IMG/VR virus record: IMGVR_UViG_3300021356_000007
Location: 27,889-91,888 of that record
Length of the DNA stretch: 64,000 nucleotides
Strand: one strand, 5' to 3'
DNA from: a virus
The notes under the pieces are model-generated. The model was not told where the DNA came from. It worked only from the letters and a program-made list of their open reading frames with translations, and made no database searches. The first letter of the stretch is position 1. Each line of letters begins with the position of its first letter. The position numbers were made by a program, and so were the translations under genes. Below, one piece after another: positions 26,598 through 36,239 of the stretch.

Positions 26598-27113
26598 GAA
26601 TGAAGGTGAAACAAAGAAATTGGCTAGAAATAGTGATGAAGGTATTCGAAGCACAGAGAGAGATGTACCACCAAATTGATGAGTCTCGTGGGTTAGACCT
26701 ATCCGATTTGAGCGAGCAAGAGAAAATGGAATGGATAGCAGATTTAATAGAGTGTGAACAAAGATGACTACACTACCAAAAGATATGATTGGGATAAAAA
26801 TGGAACCCATTTGGGAAAATGAATACTATGAAATTAACTTTGAAGATTTTTCGGATGAAGAATTGATAGATTTGAGAAATTGGATAAATAAATATCTATC
26901 ATTTAGATTAATAATAGAAGTAATAGGAGATGAATGAATGAGCGAAACAGAACAGACAGTAAATGAGATAAGAGAACATCTCGAAGATGCAGTACATCTA
27001 GCCCACTCTCTGATGATGGCTCTTGAAATGAAAGATAGTGACTACAGTTACTTCAACAACACAGTCGCAGCACTAGAGATGATGCTATCAAGAACAGTAC
27101 TAGGTGAATAGAT

Positions 27114-29219
27114 ATGGAGATAGTAACCACAGTAGTCTACAAGAATGACTACGGTGACGAGAGGCTGGGTCTCAAGTACAATTACAACCCTGACACAAAT
27201 GAAATGCTCAAAGCCAATCTTAGATTTCCTAAGTTCGCTTGGGACAAAGACAGAAAGATGTGGAATGTTGAGAACAACAAATCAGTAATCAAACAACTGT
27301 GTGACACACTCGATGCGATTGGTCGCTATGATACATCGGCAATCAGAGACTACGCAGAGGTGTACTCCACTGATGCACCCAGCAGAAGTGACTGCTGGAC
27401 TAAAGTGAAGCGCACCCGTATGTATCTGAACTGGCCTTGGATTAACGACCCTGACTTGAGAGATGATGTCAGACTCGCAGTGAAGAGTATCAGTGGTAGC
27501 CGGTGGCACAATGCGGAGAAAAGTTGGTCTATACCTACGCCACAGGCTACCACCCTACACGGACTGCTAGAGGACTTGTACCCACCACTGGCTGAAGCAA
27601 TCATCAGCAACGAGGACATCAAGGAAGCAGTAGTCAAGAGCATTGAGCGTGTCAAGATAAGCGGTGCTAAGCAACTAGACGAAGCAACACAACTTGACAT
27701 TGACAGCAGACTGGCTGGTAAATTCCCTGAAGGTCTTGACCTCTACCCGTTCCAAAAGGTAGCGGTGGCTTTCGCAGAGATGGCTGGCGGTAGGTGTTTG
27801 ATTGGTGACGAGATGGGCATTGGTAAAACAATCAGTGCTATCGGTTACTCAGCCTTGCACCCTGAAGCGAGACCAGCGATTGTTCTTTGTCCTTCGAATG
27901 TAAAGTTCAACTGGAAGAAGGAACTGAACAAGTGGTTACCTACTGAATCAGTGCATGTAGTGCAACCTGACAACGAACTGAAGGTTCAGTACTTCAAGGA
28001 CATCGCTGAATCTCTAGGAGGTACAGGAGAACAAATCAGAACTGGCAACAATGCCAAGAAGTACATCAAGTCAAAGGGTTTCAATCCTATGACATACATA
28101 CCCAAGTGTGATTTCGTAGTTGTCAACTACGATGTGATTGAGAAGTTCAAGGACTCACTCATCGACATATCACCGAAACTAATCATACTCGATGAGAGCC
28201 ACTACATCAAGAACAGTGGCTCTAATAACAAACCTGTTCAGAGGACTGTGGCTACGCTAGAAGTGTGTAGTTACATTGAGAAGGTAATCGCACTATCAGG
28301 TACAGCGATTGCAAGTAGACCGAAGGAGTTCTTCAACACATTGAACCTACTCAACCCTGCTCTGTTCAGGAGTGAATGGGATTTCAAGCAGAGGTACTGT
28401 GACCCTTTCCATAACGGAATCGGATGGGACTTCAATGGCGCATCCAATACCAAAGAACTGAATGAGAGAACAAGAGACCTGTGTATCAGGAGACTCAAGA
28501 GCGAAGTACTACCTGAACTCCCACCAAAGACTAGAACATTCTTACCGATTGTACTGGACAAGGCTACTAGAAGCCCTTACGACTCAGCACAAGATGAGTG
28601 GGACAAGAAGATTGACAGTTATTATCTCAACGGTCAACCCCTACCAGCAGGTACGATGCTGAACATGATTAACGACTTGCGTCACATGTGCGGTCACATC
28701 AAAGTCAATTACGCAGTTGGTTGGATTAACCAGTACCGTGAACAAACAGGTAAGCCGATTGTAGTATTCACGCATCACTGAGATGTTCTCAGTCGTTTGG
28801 CTGAGAAGATGAGCAATGTCAAAACCATCACAGGTGACACACCTTCGCACACTAGACAGGAGATAGTCGATGACTTCCAAGCAGGCAACATCGGTGTACT
28901 CATCTGTAACACAGTCGCAGCGAAGGAAGGTATCACACTCACTAGAGCAGACACAGTTCTGTTCCTAGAGCGTGAATGGACTCCTACTGACGAAGAACAA
29001 GCAGAGGACAGAGTGTATCGTATTGGGCAAGAGAGCCAGCATGTACACGCTGTCTATCTGTCATGCGAAGGGACAATTGATGAACACTTTGACAGAGTCA
29101 TTGAGTCTAAGAGAGCAGTAGTCAAAGCAGTGCTGGATGGCGGAGATGTAGAACAGCGAAAGGGATTGGTCGCCCAACTTGTCAAGCGACTACAACAAGA
29201 GAGAGGTTGGAAGATATGA
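27114..29219 (+). pseudogene. SNF2/SMARCAL1(HARP)-like SF2 helicase interrupted by one in-frame TGA at 28779-28781
   Basis: LYPFQ, DEMGIGKT, LDESHYIK, LSGT, RRLKSEVLPELP; after TGA the same frame gives DVLSRL...ITGDT...KEGITLT...EQAEDRVYRIGQ. Confidence 0.85.
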
Positions 29220-29413
29220 GAGAGAATTGGAATGGTAGAACACAAGAGATACACAAGGACATGATTATGTACATCATGGACTGTTATACCCACAGAAGAG
29301 AAGACAGAGAACACTTCATGGATATGAGAGACATCAGTAAAGAACTAGAAGAATCCCTGTGGTGGGAATTGGCTCATCTTGTCGCAAAGAAGTTTAACAT
29401 AAAGGGTGACTGA
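29216..29413 (+). CDS. Small hypothetical protein
   Basis: ATGA-coupled ORF. Confidence 0.55.
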   Translation: MRENWNGRTQEIHKDMIMYIMDCYTHRREDREHFMDMRDISKELEESLWWELAHLVAKKFNIKGD

Positions 29414-29600
29414 AATGAAGAGAATAACGAAACACACTAAGCAATTAGTATGGCACATATTGAGTGAAGGGATGGATAGAGAATGCCCGTCTTTACTAGA
29501 GATAGCAAACCATGAATGGGAATGCGAGACAAACAGACCATACACCATGGAAGATTACTGGGATGCTTACTATTGGATTCTCAAGAAGGTAGGTAATTGA
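29406..29600 (+). CDS. Small hypothetical protein
   Basis: ORF in operon. Confidence 0.5.
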   Translation: MTEMKRITKHTKQLVWHILSEGMDRECPSLLEIANHEWECETNRPYTMEDYWDAYYWILKKVGN

Positions 29601-29601
29601 C

Positions 29602-29931
29602 ATGGGTATCGGAGTAGAATATATTCAAGACCACAACCAAGAATACTGGTACGACAATCTCTTAGGAATGCTCAAGATGGTAGACCAAATTATCAGAATC
29701 TACGGTGATGACGAAGAGACATTCAGAGAGCGTATCAGTGACTACATGTGGGAATTAGTCGTCAGGAATCTTGACGCTGATACCAAAGCAAGACATGACG
29801 GCGAGTTCGAGAGGTGCGGTACATTCCCTAAGTTCAAGGGCGAGCCGGGCATCAGTCATCTGATTGCTGAGGCTTACCCTAGAGAGAATCCACTCAAGCC
29901 TCAAGACCTAGAAGACCAAGAATCCGATTGA
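29602..29931 (+). CDS. Hypothetical protein
   Basis: ORF in operon. Confidence 0.6.
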   Translation: MGIGVEYIQDHNQEYWYDNLLGMLKMVDQIIRIYGDDEETFRERISDYMWELVVRNLDADTKARHDGEFERCGTFPKFKGEPGISHLIAEAYPRENPLKPQDLEDQESD

Positions 29932-30694
29932 GTTCGGTTTGCTGGTTACTGACACGGTCAGACAAATCTAGTTCTTGTTGTGCAGTCATTGGTACTTCAG
30001 AATCGAACACTGGGTCAACGAAGTCTTCAAATGACTGTGCATCTATTTGTCTAGCGAATGGCTGTAACTGAGCGTCAGTTAATTCATAGTCAATCCCATA
30101 CCTGCGAGGGTCTTTTCTAGCCAACCTAGAAGCCATCTGAGCGACTGGGTCTTTTGGGTGAGCAGCACCATAGAACATAGGGTCATTGAATAAAGCGTGT
30201 CCTTCTATGGGTCTACCAGTAACCTGACTCGCAGTCAATGCCGTGGGTCGGTCTACTGCCATCCAGTTAGGAGGCTTTGCATCTGCTACGCCGGTAGCCT
30301 CTGCTAGGGGTATGGCATGGTGTATGGATGTAGCGAGTGTTCTACCTCTGTCTGAGTCAGCCTTTGGATTACCTGATTCGGCAAATGGTCTGCCTCTTAT
30401 CTGTTGAGATAAAATAGGCGTACCACGACCTGACATAAATTGTTGAGCCTCCGGTGGCAATTCATAAGTCTGCGCTATTGGTGTCTGTTCAACAAAGATG
30501 TCCGGCATCAAACGAGCCAACTGGCTCGCAAGGTACATGTCACTCAATGTATTACCGTGACCTACCTTAGTAACATCAGGATTACCTTCTTGACCGAACA
30601 CCATCTGATTCATCCCCTGCCCTATCCGAACACCTTCGGAGGGTTGGAAGACAGCCTTGAGCAATAACCATGCTCTCTCAAATGGGCTGTTCAT
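29894..30694 (-). CDS. Lone antisense gene with AWxxLK leader and a possible protein-kinase-like fold
   Basis: MNSPFERAWLLLKA; IGQGMNQMVF (G-loop-like), VTKVG (VAIK-like), DAKPPNW (DxKxxN), LFNDP (DFG-like). Confidence 0.55.
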   Translation of the reverse strand: MNSPFERAWLLLKAVFQPSEGVRIGQGMNQMVFGQEGNPDVTKVGHGNTLSDMYLASQLARLMPDIFVEQTPIAQTYELPPEAQQFMSGRGTPILSQQIRGRPFAESGNPKADSDRGRTLATSIHHAIPLAEATGVADAKPPNWMAVDRPTALTASQVTGRPIEGHALFNDPMFYGAAHPKDPVAQMASRLARKDPRRYGIDYELTDAQLQPFARQIDAQSFEDFVDPVFDSEVPMTAQQELDLSDRVSNQQTELNRILGLLGLEA

Positions 30695-30743
30695 GCACAT
30701 CGCAAGGCGTGATGTGTAATATCACTTTCCGCTTACCAAGCCA

Positions 30744-30768
30744 AACTGGTTATAAAGAAACAATAAAG
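30744..30768 (+). promoter_or_regulatory. Early promoter copy 6
   Basis: Exact AACTGGTTATAAAGAAACAATAAAG. Confidence 0.85.
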
Positions 30769-30831
30769 GAAATGGCTGGGACTTTGGAAAAAACCACAAA
30801 AACAAATAAGAAATGAAAACGAGGAGATAAT

Positions 30832-32343
30832 ATGGAAGACATAGTATTGATAGGAAAAGTAACGCAAAGCACACCGAACACAGTAGAAGTGGAGTACCCT
30901 TCTATTGTGGGAATCAACGCCGTAAGAGTACCAAGAACAATGGTAGCAAGATTCGAAAGAATCAGCGGTGGTAGAGTGGCAGTGCTGGTAAGAACAGACG
31001 AAACAGAAAAAGGCAAGAACTTGTATCAGCATATTGGTATCGACCAAGCACCATTGCATGTAACAGATGAGCACATGAGCATCGTTTCAGCACTGGAATA
31101 CAACGAACCAATCCCAGCAGGACTAACACAAGACACAGCAGAGGAGTCAGTGATGTGGGGCGCATCAGCCCCAGTCAACAATCAACCTCTCATCACCATT
31201 GCTAACAATGATGGTACAGAAGAATTTGTGATTGCTAATGAGGCATTCGATGCAATGCTTTTCTCAGGCGGTAGAAAGAAAGTTGAGAGCATCAACTGGG
31301 ACTTCACACCATCTAGGAAGCCAGCATTTGTAATGCACGAAGAAGGACAATCAGGTACAACCGTAGCAAGAGTCAATGACAATGCTGGTAAACCTGTTGC
31401 CTACCACATCTTCAATCCAACTTACGCTAATGAATCAAGACCAGCAGGTGCTTACCTTGGTACATTCAGTGGCTCATATTACCCAATGCCATACAGAGAT
31501 GGCTACCAACCAATCATGGACATGTCTGCTGAAAGAGGCTGGCCTTGTCAAGTGATTGCTTGGGATGAAGGTAAGAGGTCTGCTCTGTTCTGTGATGTTA
31601 CAAGCAGTGTAGATTGGGACAAAGCAACCAAGGGATTCGGCAATAGGTGGTCGGGTCTTGTTAACACTGGTGACTACAGAATCGGTATCGCTGTGTACAA
31701 CAGCCTTGACGGTTCATCATCATTCAAAGTACAAGCGGTAGCGATGAGACTTACATGTTCTAACGGTATGTTCATGGGAGACTCTGCTACTCTAATCAAC
31801 CTCAAGCACACAGTCAACACACTGGGTAACTATGACTTTGAGAAGTTGGCTGGTAGAATTATGGATGTCATTGAGACCGCAGCACAAGAAATTGTTGTCA
31901 CTGAATCAATGCGTGATGTCGAAATTAACAGAGATACCTTTGAGAAACTCATGACTATCTGTGAGAAGAAAGGACTAATCACCAAGCCTGTCATCAAAAG
32001 AGATGACACTGGCAATGTATCTGCTGTCACTAGAGGACACATGTGGAGACTGATGGGACAAGGATGGACTAACCCAAGCGAGCCTTGGGTTGCAGTCGAT
32101 GAACAAGACACTGGTTCTCTTTACCATGTATACAATATCATGACTGGTGCTATCACCCACAAACCTGTGTGGACTGATGGGGCAACCAAACTAGAAGGAA
32201 GTAAACTTAACTTCAGCACACTCACTGACAGACTGAGCAAGGTTCACAAAATCTTTGGTGACATCGCAAACAAGTCAATCAACGGTACACCTGTTGAGGA
32301 ACAACTTGAGAAGGTCAAGATGTTCAGTGAGATACTATACTGA
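30832..32343 (+). CDS. DUF932-like protein with N-terminal extension
   Basis: YNSLDGSSSFKV..VAMRLTCSNGM....LKHT signature. Confidence 0.7.
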   Translation: MEDIVLIGKVTQSTPNTVEVEYPSIVGINAVRVPRTMVARFERISGGRVAVLVRTDETEKGKNLYQHIGIDQAPLHVTDEHMSIVSALEYNEPIPAGLTQDTAEESVMWGASAPVNNQPLITIANNDGTEEFVIANEAFDAMLFSGGRKKVESINWDFTPSRKPAFVMHEEGQSGTTVARVNDNAGKPVAYHIFNPTYANESRPAGAYLGTFSGSYYPMPYRDGYQPIMDMSAERGWPCQVIAWDEGKRSALFCDVTSSVDWDKATKGFGNRWSGLVNTGDYRIGIAVYNSLDGSSSFKVQAVAMRLTCSNGMFMGDSATLINLKHTVNTLGNYDFEKLAGRIMDVIETAAQEIVVTESMRDVEINRDTFEKLMTICEKKGLITKPVIKRDDTGNVSAVTRGHMWRLMGQGWTNPSEPWVAVDEQDTGSLYHVYNIMTGAITHKPVWTDGATKLEGSKLNFSTLTDRLSKVHKIFGDIANKSINGTPVEEQLEKVKMFSEILY

Positions 32344-32352
32344 GGAGATAAA

Positions 32353-32622
32353 ATGAAAACACACTACATAGAAACAGACCACGGAGTATACGAGATTGTC
32401 CCACTATGGGATAGTCACGCACACTACATGAGAGAAAGGTATGACGAGGATGATGCAAAGTGGGAGATATTTGCACCTAAAGGTAGAAACTTCAACACTT
32501 GTCATTCTTACCTAGAGATTTCCTACGAAAACTGCTTAGGTCATGTAGGTGAAGCAGATTACACTTGTAACATCGACAACGACTGTGGGTGCTTAGAGAA
32601 TATGAATGAGGGAGACGAATGA
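32353..32622 (+). CDS. Small hypothetical protein
   Basis: GAGGAG RBS. Confidence 0.6.
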   Translation: MKTHYIETDHGVYEIVPLWDSHAHYMRERYDEDDAKWEIFAPKGRNFNTCHSYLEISYENCLGHVGEADYTCNIDNDCGCLENMNEGDE

Positions 32623-33335
32623 CACAAACACCGGAAGAAGAACTACAGACCATACTTGAAAGAGTGATAGACGGAGGACTATGGCAACCAGCAGGGCTGG
32701 GACTATCCTATGTCCGTAGTGGAGACAGAGAGATTCAACTTGTATCTCAAGAGAACAACCCTACATCGGCTCAAGCAAGAATCAGAATGAAACTGCTGGC
32801 TGAAAGCATAGGTTGGTCTGTCGATGAAAGTAATGTACAACTGAAAGATGTCCAGCACTTGTCTCCTCAAGAGGCACACATGCAAGAGATGGCTCTCAGA
32901 CAAGAGATGGCACAGAACTGGAAATGCCAATGTGGTACACCACTGTCAGCCTTCCCACTGGAAGATGGTAAGTGGGTTCATGACGGACAGTCAGAAATGA
33001 AACTACCCCATGGTGAAGTTGAACTGGTTGAGCAGTGGTCTGTCGCAATCGACTGCCCTGTGTGTGAACTGAGAATACCACTTGAGCCATACGACTACGG
33101 TCTGTTGGCTGGCGATGATGCTATGCTCACTTACAAGACACCCAATGGTGTAACATACACAGCACTTTCGAGACCTGAAATCATAGAAAGAATTGACAGC
33201 GAGGCGACTGGTAACTTTGACCTGAATAGTTTACTCATGGTACTTGGGACATTTTGTCCTAGGTACGGAGACTTGCTACCTCCTCATGTAAGAGGTAGCG
33301 TTGTATTGAAAACAGAAGGAGATGAAGAAGAATGA
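32619..33335 (+). CDS. Zn-binding hypothetical protein
   Basis: CQCG, CPVC and FCP motifs. Confidence 0.7.
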   Translation: MTQTPEEELQTILERVIDGGLWQPAGLGLSYVRSGDREIQLVSQENNPTSAQARIRMKLLAESIGWSVDESNVQLKDVQHLSPQEAHMQEMALRQEMAQNWKCQCGTPLSAFPLEDGKWVHDGQSEMKLPHGEVELVEQWSVAIDCPVCELRIPLEPYDYGLLAGDDAMLTYKTPNGVTYTALSRPEIIERIDSEATGNFDLNSLLMVLGTFCPRYGDLLPPHVRGSVVLKTEGDEEE

Positions 33336-33486
33336 TACTAGAAGATAAATTGGAGGAGATGAACTCTGTAGACCTTGAAGAACTGATTAATAAACTGAAG
33401 AAGCGACTAAAAAGGGTGAAGGAAGATGAATTCTTGGCGGAATTTCATGCAAAGCATTTCTCAGGACAAAGCGAGAGGGAAGAAGA

Positions 33487-33753
33487 ATGAAGGTAGAAAT
33501 GATACCGATTGAGGGAGTCATCGTAAGATGTCTCATAGTAGACGACAATGACAAATGGACTCACTGTGAGAACTGTGGGGCTCAGAATTACAATCACGAA
33601 TTACTGGCTAAGGAAGACGATGAATGGTGTATGGATTGCAACGACAAGCATTACCGTAAAGATTGGTCTGACATGCAATTGGGACAATGGACTGTCCAGC
33701 AAATGATTGCTGGTAAGATTACCCATGTAGTCCGTGATGCGAACAAAAAATGA
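33487..33753 (+). CDS. Small Zn-finger protein
   Basis: CENCG...CMDC. Confidence 0.6.
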   Translation: MKVEMIPIEGVIVRCLIVDDNDKWTHCENCGAQNYNHELLAKEDDEWCMDCNDKHYRKDWSDMQLGQWTVQQMIAGKITHVVRDANKK

Positions 33754-33974
33754 GAGGAATAGATATGAAGAGATTTCCAAAATCAAAAGGTAAGATACAG
33801 GCACTGAACATTTGCATCATGCAATACACATGTATTGAGGGAAGCGAAAGAGATTGGTTCAAAACATACAATGACGGTATGGACACTTTCGGTAGACCTA
33901 TCATTTGTACAGCAGAAGATATTGATTGGGCTATGGAATACCTGTGGGAAAGATGTCAGAAGGTGGAAGCATGA
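33750..33974 (+). CDS. Small hypothetical protein
   Basis: ORF coupled to the glycosylase gene. Confidence 0.5.
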   Translation: MRGIDMKRFPKSKGKIQALNICIMQYTCIEGSERDWFKTYNDGMDTFGRPIICTAEDIDWAMEYLWERCQKVEA

Positions 33975-34480
33975 ACATATTTGTATTAGACAAAGACCCT
34001 GTCAAGGCAGCGAAGTACATTGACGACCAAAGAATCAGCAAGATGATTATTGAGTCAGGACAAATGATGCGAGCAGCACTGGGTAGACATGGCATGAGTG
34101 AAGAAGACTGCCGACAGTTCGGCATCCTGACTAAGAGTGGTAACCCTTGGCGTGTCACTCACAAGAATCATCCTTGTACACTGTGGGCTGGTGAAACTAG
34201 AATGAACTTCATGTGGCTTGCTACTCATGCCCTTGCTATGTGCAAAGAGTTTGAGTATCGTTATCTCAAAGAACACGCATGTCGTAAACCAATCATGCAC
34301 ATGATTGACTACATGGACATGTTCATTCCTGAAGGTGACTACACACCTTTCGCTCAGGCTATGCCTGACGAGTACAAGGATGACGATGCAGTATTTGCTT
34401 ATCGTAGATACTACAAGAGCAAGGACAACATCAGATACAGAAAAACAGATGTCCCTACTTGGTGGGAGGTGACGGCGTGA
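33971..34480 (+). CDS. Pyrimidine-dimer DNA glycosylase / DenV-like protein
   Basis: MNIFVLD.DP..AA, KMIIESGQM, HKNHPCTLW, TPFAQAMPDEYK, AYRRYY. Confidence 0.75.
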   Translation: MNIFVLDKDPVKAAKYIDDQRISKMIIESGQMMRAALGRHGMSEEDCRQFGILTKSGNPWRVTHKNHPCTLWAGETRMNFMWLATHALAMCKEFEYRYLKEHACRKPIMHMIDYMDMFIPEGDYTPFAQAMPDEYKDDDAVFAYRRYYKSKDNIRYRKTDVPTWWEVTA

Positions 34481-34632
34481 GTGAATGCTTTGATGACGAG
34501 TATTGGGAACACCATGCAAAAGAGCAATTGCTGAAATGCAAAGGTTGTACTGGTTGCCCTATTACTTACTATCCTCTTACTACAATAGTAGGCTATGGTT
34601 TAGAGTGTGAATGCGTGGAGGTGACGGCGTGA
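34477..34632 (+). CDS. Cys-rich micro-ORF cassette 1 (51 aa, ends EVTA)
   Basis: Hand translation; GTG start inside repeat 1, TGA inside repeat 2. Confidence 0.6.
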   Translation: MSECFDDEYWEHHAKEQLLKCKGCTGCPITYYPLTTIVGYGLECECVEVTA

Positions 34633-34838
34633 AGGATATTGTAGAATACAGAATCCATTATGGTGAGGATGGAGACTCACACGACATTCTGTATTATGAG
34701 GGTAAGGATTGGCGCAAGTGGAAACAGCACATTGGCGAAGAAGGAGTCCAATGGATTGAGAGAGTGGTTGACACTTTCTGTTCCAACGGGGATTTGATTA
34801 GTTCGGAGTATGAAACCCTGTGGGAGGTGACGGCGTGA
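34629..34838 (+). CDS. Micro-ORF cassette 2 (ends EVTA)
   Basis: GTG in repeat 2, TGA in repeat 3. Confidence 0.6.
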   Translation: MKDIVEYRIHYGEDGDSHDILYYEGKDWRKWKQHIGEEGVQWIERVVDTFCSNGDLISSEYETLWEVTA

Positions 34839-34966
34839 ATCATGAATACAGAATAAAGCGAATTAGAAATATCATCAAGCGGTTTGAAGAAAAGGAAGGT
34901 GGCAACATTGGTGACCTCGTGGACGCTTGGGAAAGAATCAAAGAACAAGTGGAGGTGACGGAGTGA
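34835..34966 (+). CDS. Micro-ORF cassette 3 (43 aa, ends EVTE)
   Basis: Hand translation open between repeats 3 and 4. Confidence 0.55.
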   Translation: MNHEYRIKRIRNIIKRFEEKEGGNIGDLVDAWERIKEQVEVTE

Positions 34967-35139
34967 AGTGCATACCAAAGAAAAACAGTCGTGCAATTTC
35001 CTATTCAAGCCAAGTTGATTGGTTGCTGGACATTGACTGCGCTACTTGTAGGAGTCGGACATCAATGTGTAGGGTCAAGGTGACAATGGATGAAATGGAA
35101 GATTGGATTGCTGAACGAGGCGTGGAGGTGACGGCATGA
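34963..35139 (+). CDS. Micro-ORF cassette 4 (CxxC, ends EVTA)
   Basis: GTG in repeat 4, TGA in repeat 5. Confidence 0.6.
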   Translation: MKCIPKKNSRAISYSSQVDWLLDIDCATCRSRTSMCRVKVTMDEMEDWIAERGVEVTA

Positions 35140-35297
35140 AGTGTTGTGAGAAGATAGATGATGATTGGATAAATGGTGATATGTGGCATGATAATCACAC
35201 TACATTTGGGTTTAGTGGCAGGATGCTTTTAGTGACTTACCAATGCCCTCACTGTGGTAAAAGAAGTGAGAGAGATTTCTTAGAGGTGAATGAGTGA
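35136..35297 (+). CDS. Micro-ORF cassette 5 (CC...CPHCG, ends EVNE)
   Basis: Hand translation; TGA overlaps the MTase GTG. Confidence 0.55.
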   Translation: MKCCEKIDDDWINGDMWHDNHTTFGFSGRMLLVTYQCPHCGKRSERDFLEVNE

Positions 35298-36073
35298 AGA
35301 GCATTCTAAGATATGTCGGTGGTAAGAGTAGGGCAGTCAAGCACATCCTACCTTACCTTGAGGGCGCAGACACATTGTACTCTCCCTTCTTTGGGGGAGG
35401 CTCAATCGAGTTTGCCTTCTCCGAGAAAGGTAAGGTCATCGGTTGTGACTTGTACAAACCAGTCGCAATGTTTTGGCAACAGGTACTCAGAGACCCTGAC
35501 CTTGTAGCAGACGAGGTACAGAAATTTCACCCTCTACCAAAGTGTGACTTTGTTTCTTTACAGCATCTGTTACCTCACATGGAAATACCAGTCAACATAG
35601 CATGTTCCTTTTATGTCCTGAACAGGGCATCATTTTCAGGCTCAACAAATTCAGGTGGTATGTCACCTGAACATCCAAGATTTAATCAAGCGTCTATTGA
35701 CAGATTGAGAGAATTCTCAGCACCAAATGTAGAGGTGCATCACAGTGACGCATTCGTTTTCCTCAAAGGTTTGATGGGGCAGAATCCATCAGGCAAAGTG
35801 ATTTACCTTGACCCACCTTACATGATTAAGAACAACTTGTACGGTAACAAAGGAGACATGCACAGAAACTTCGACCATGAAAAGTTAGTCGAGGTCGTCA
35901 AAGGATTAGATGCACTGGGTTGGAAGATAGTCATGTCTTACAACAATAACGAGGATATTGAGAAGTGGTATAGTGACTTTGAAATCATCCCGCTTGAATG
36001 GAAGTATGGGATGAATAGTAGTAAAGAATCAAATGAGATTTTGATAGTAAGTAAAAGAGAGGTGAATGAATGA
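35294..36073 (+). CDS. Dam-like (D12 class) N6-adenine DNA methyltransferase
   Basis: RYVGGKS, SPFFGGGS, YVLNRASFSG, YLDPPY. Confidence 0.88.
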   Translation: MKSILRYVGGKSRAVKHILPYLEGADTLYSPFFGGGSIEFAFSEKGKVIGCDLYKPVAMFWQQVLRDPDLVADEVQKFHPLPKCDFVSLQHLLPHMEIPVNIACSFYVLNRASFSGSTNSGGMSPEHPRFNQASIDRLREFSAPNVEVHHSDAFVFLKGLMGQNPSGKVIYLDPPYMIKNNLYGNKGDMHRNFDHEKLVEVVKGLDALGWKIVMSYNNNEDIEKWYSDFEIIPLEWKYGMNSSKESNEILIVSKREVNE

Positions 36074-36239
36074 AAGAAAAAACAGTCTGCGTATGTGGTT
36101 CAACCACTTTCAATATGTACATGCCAACCGAACACGGAGAGGAAGATATATTCCTATGCACTGAATGTGGTAGGATTTACAATCGAACCGTACTAGGTTA
36201 CTGGTCGGATGAAACAAAGAAAAAGGAGAAGGTGAAAGA

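Larger units (their letters stand above)
34465..35139 (+). repeat. Five 16-bp GGAGGTGACGG(C/A)(G/A)TGA junction repeats separating micro-ORFs
   Basis: Copies at 34465, 34617, 34823, 34951 and 35124. Confidence 0.9.

Noticed and set aside
27114-29219. Genome-wide TGA reassignment
   Set aside because: Many genes end in TGA with ATGA coupling, and the other conserved genes are uninterrupted.
34465-35139. CRISPR array interpretation of the five 16-bp repeats
   Set aside because: Repeats are too short, and the spacers are 112-190 nt, unequal, and each a complete ORF; no cas operon.
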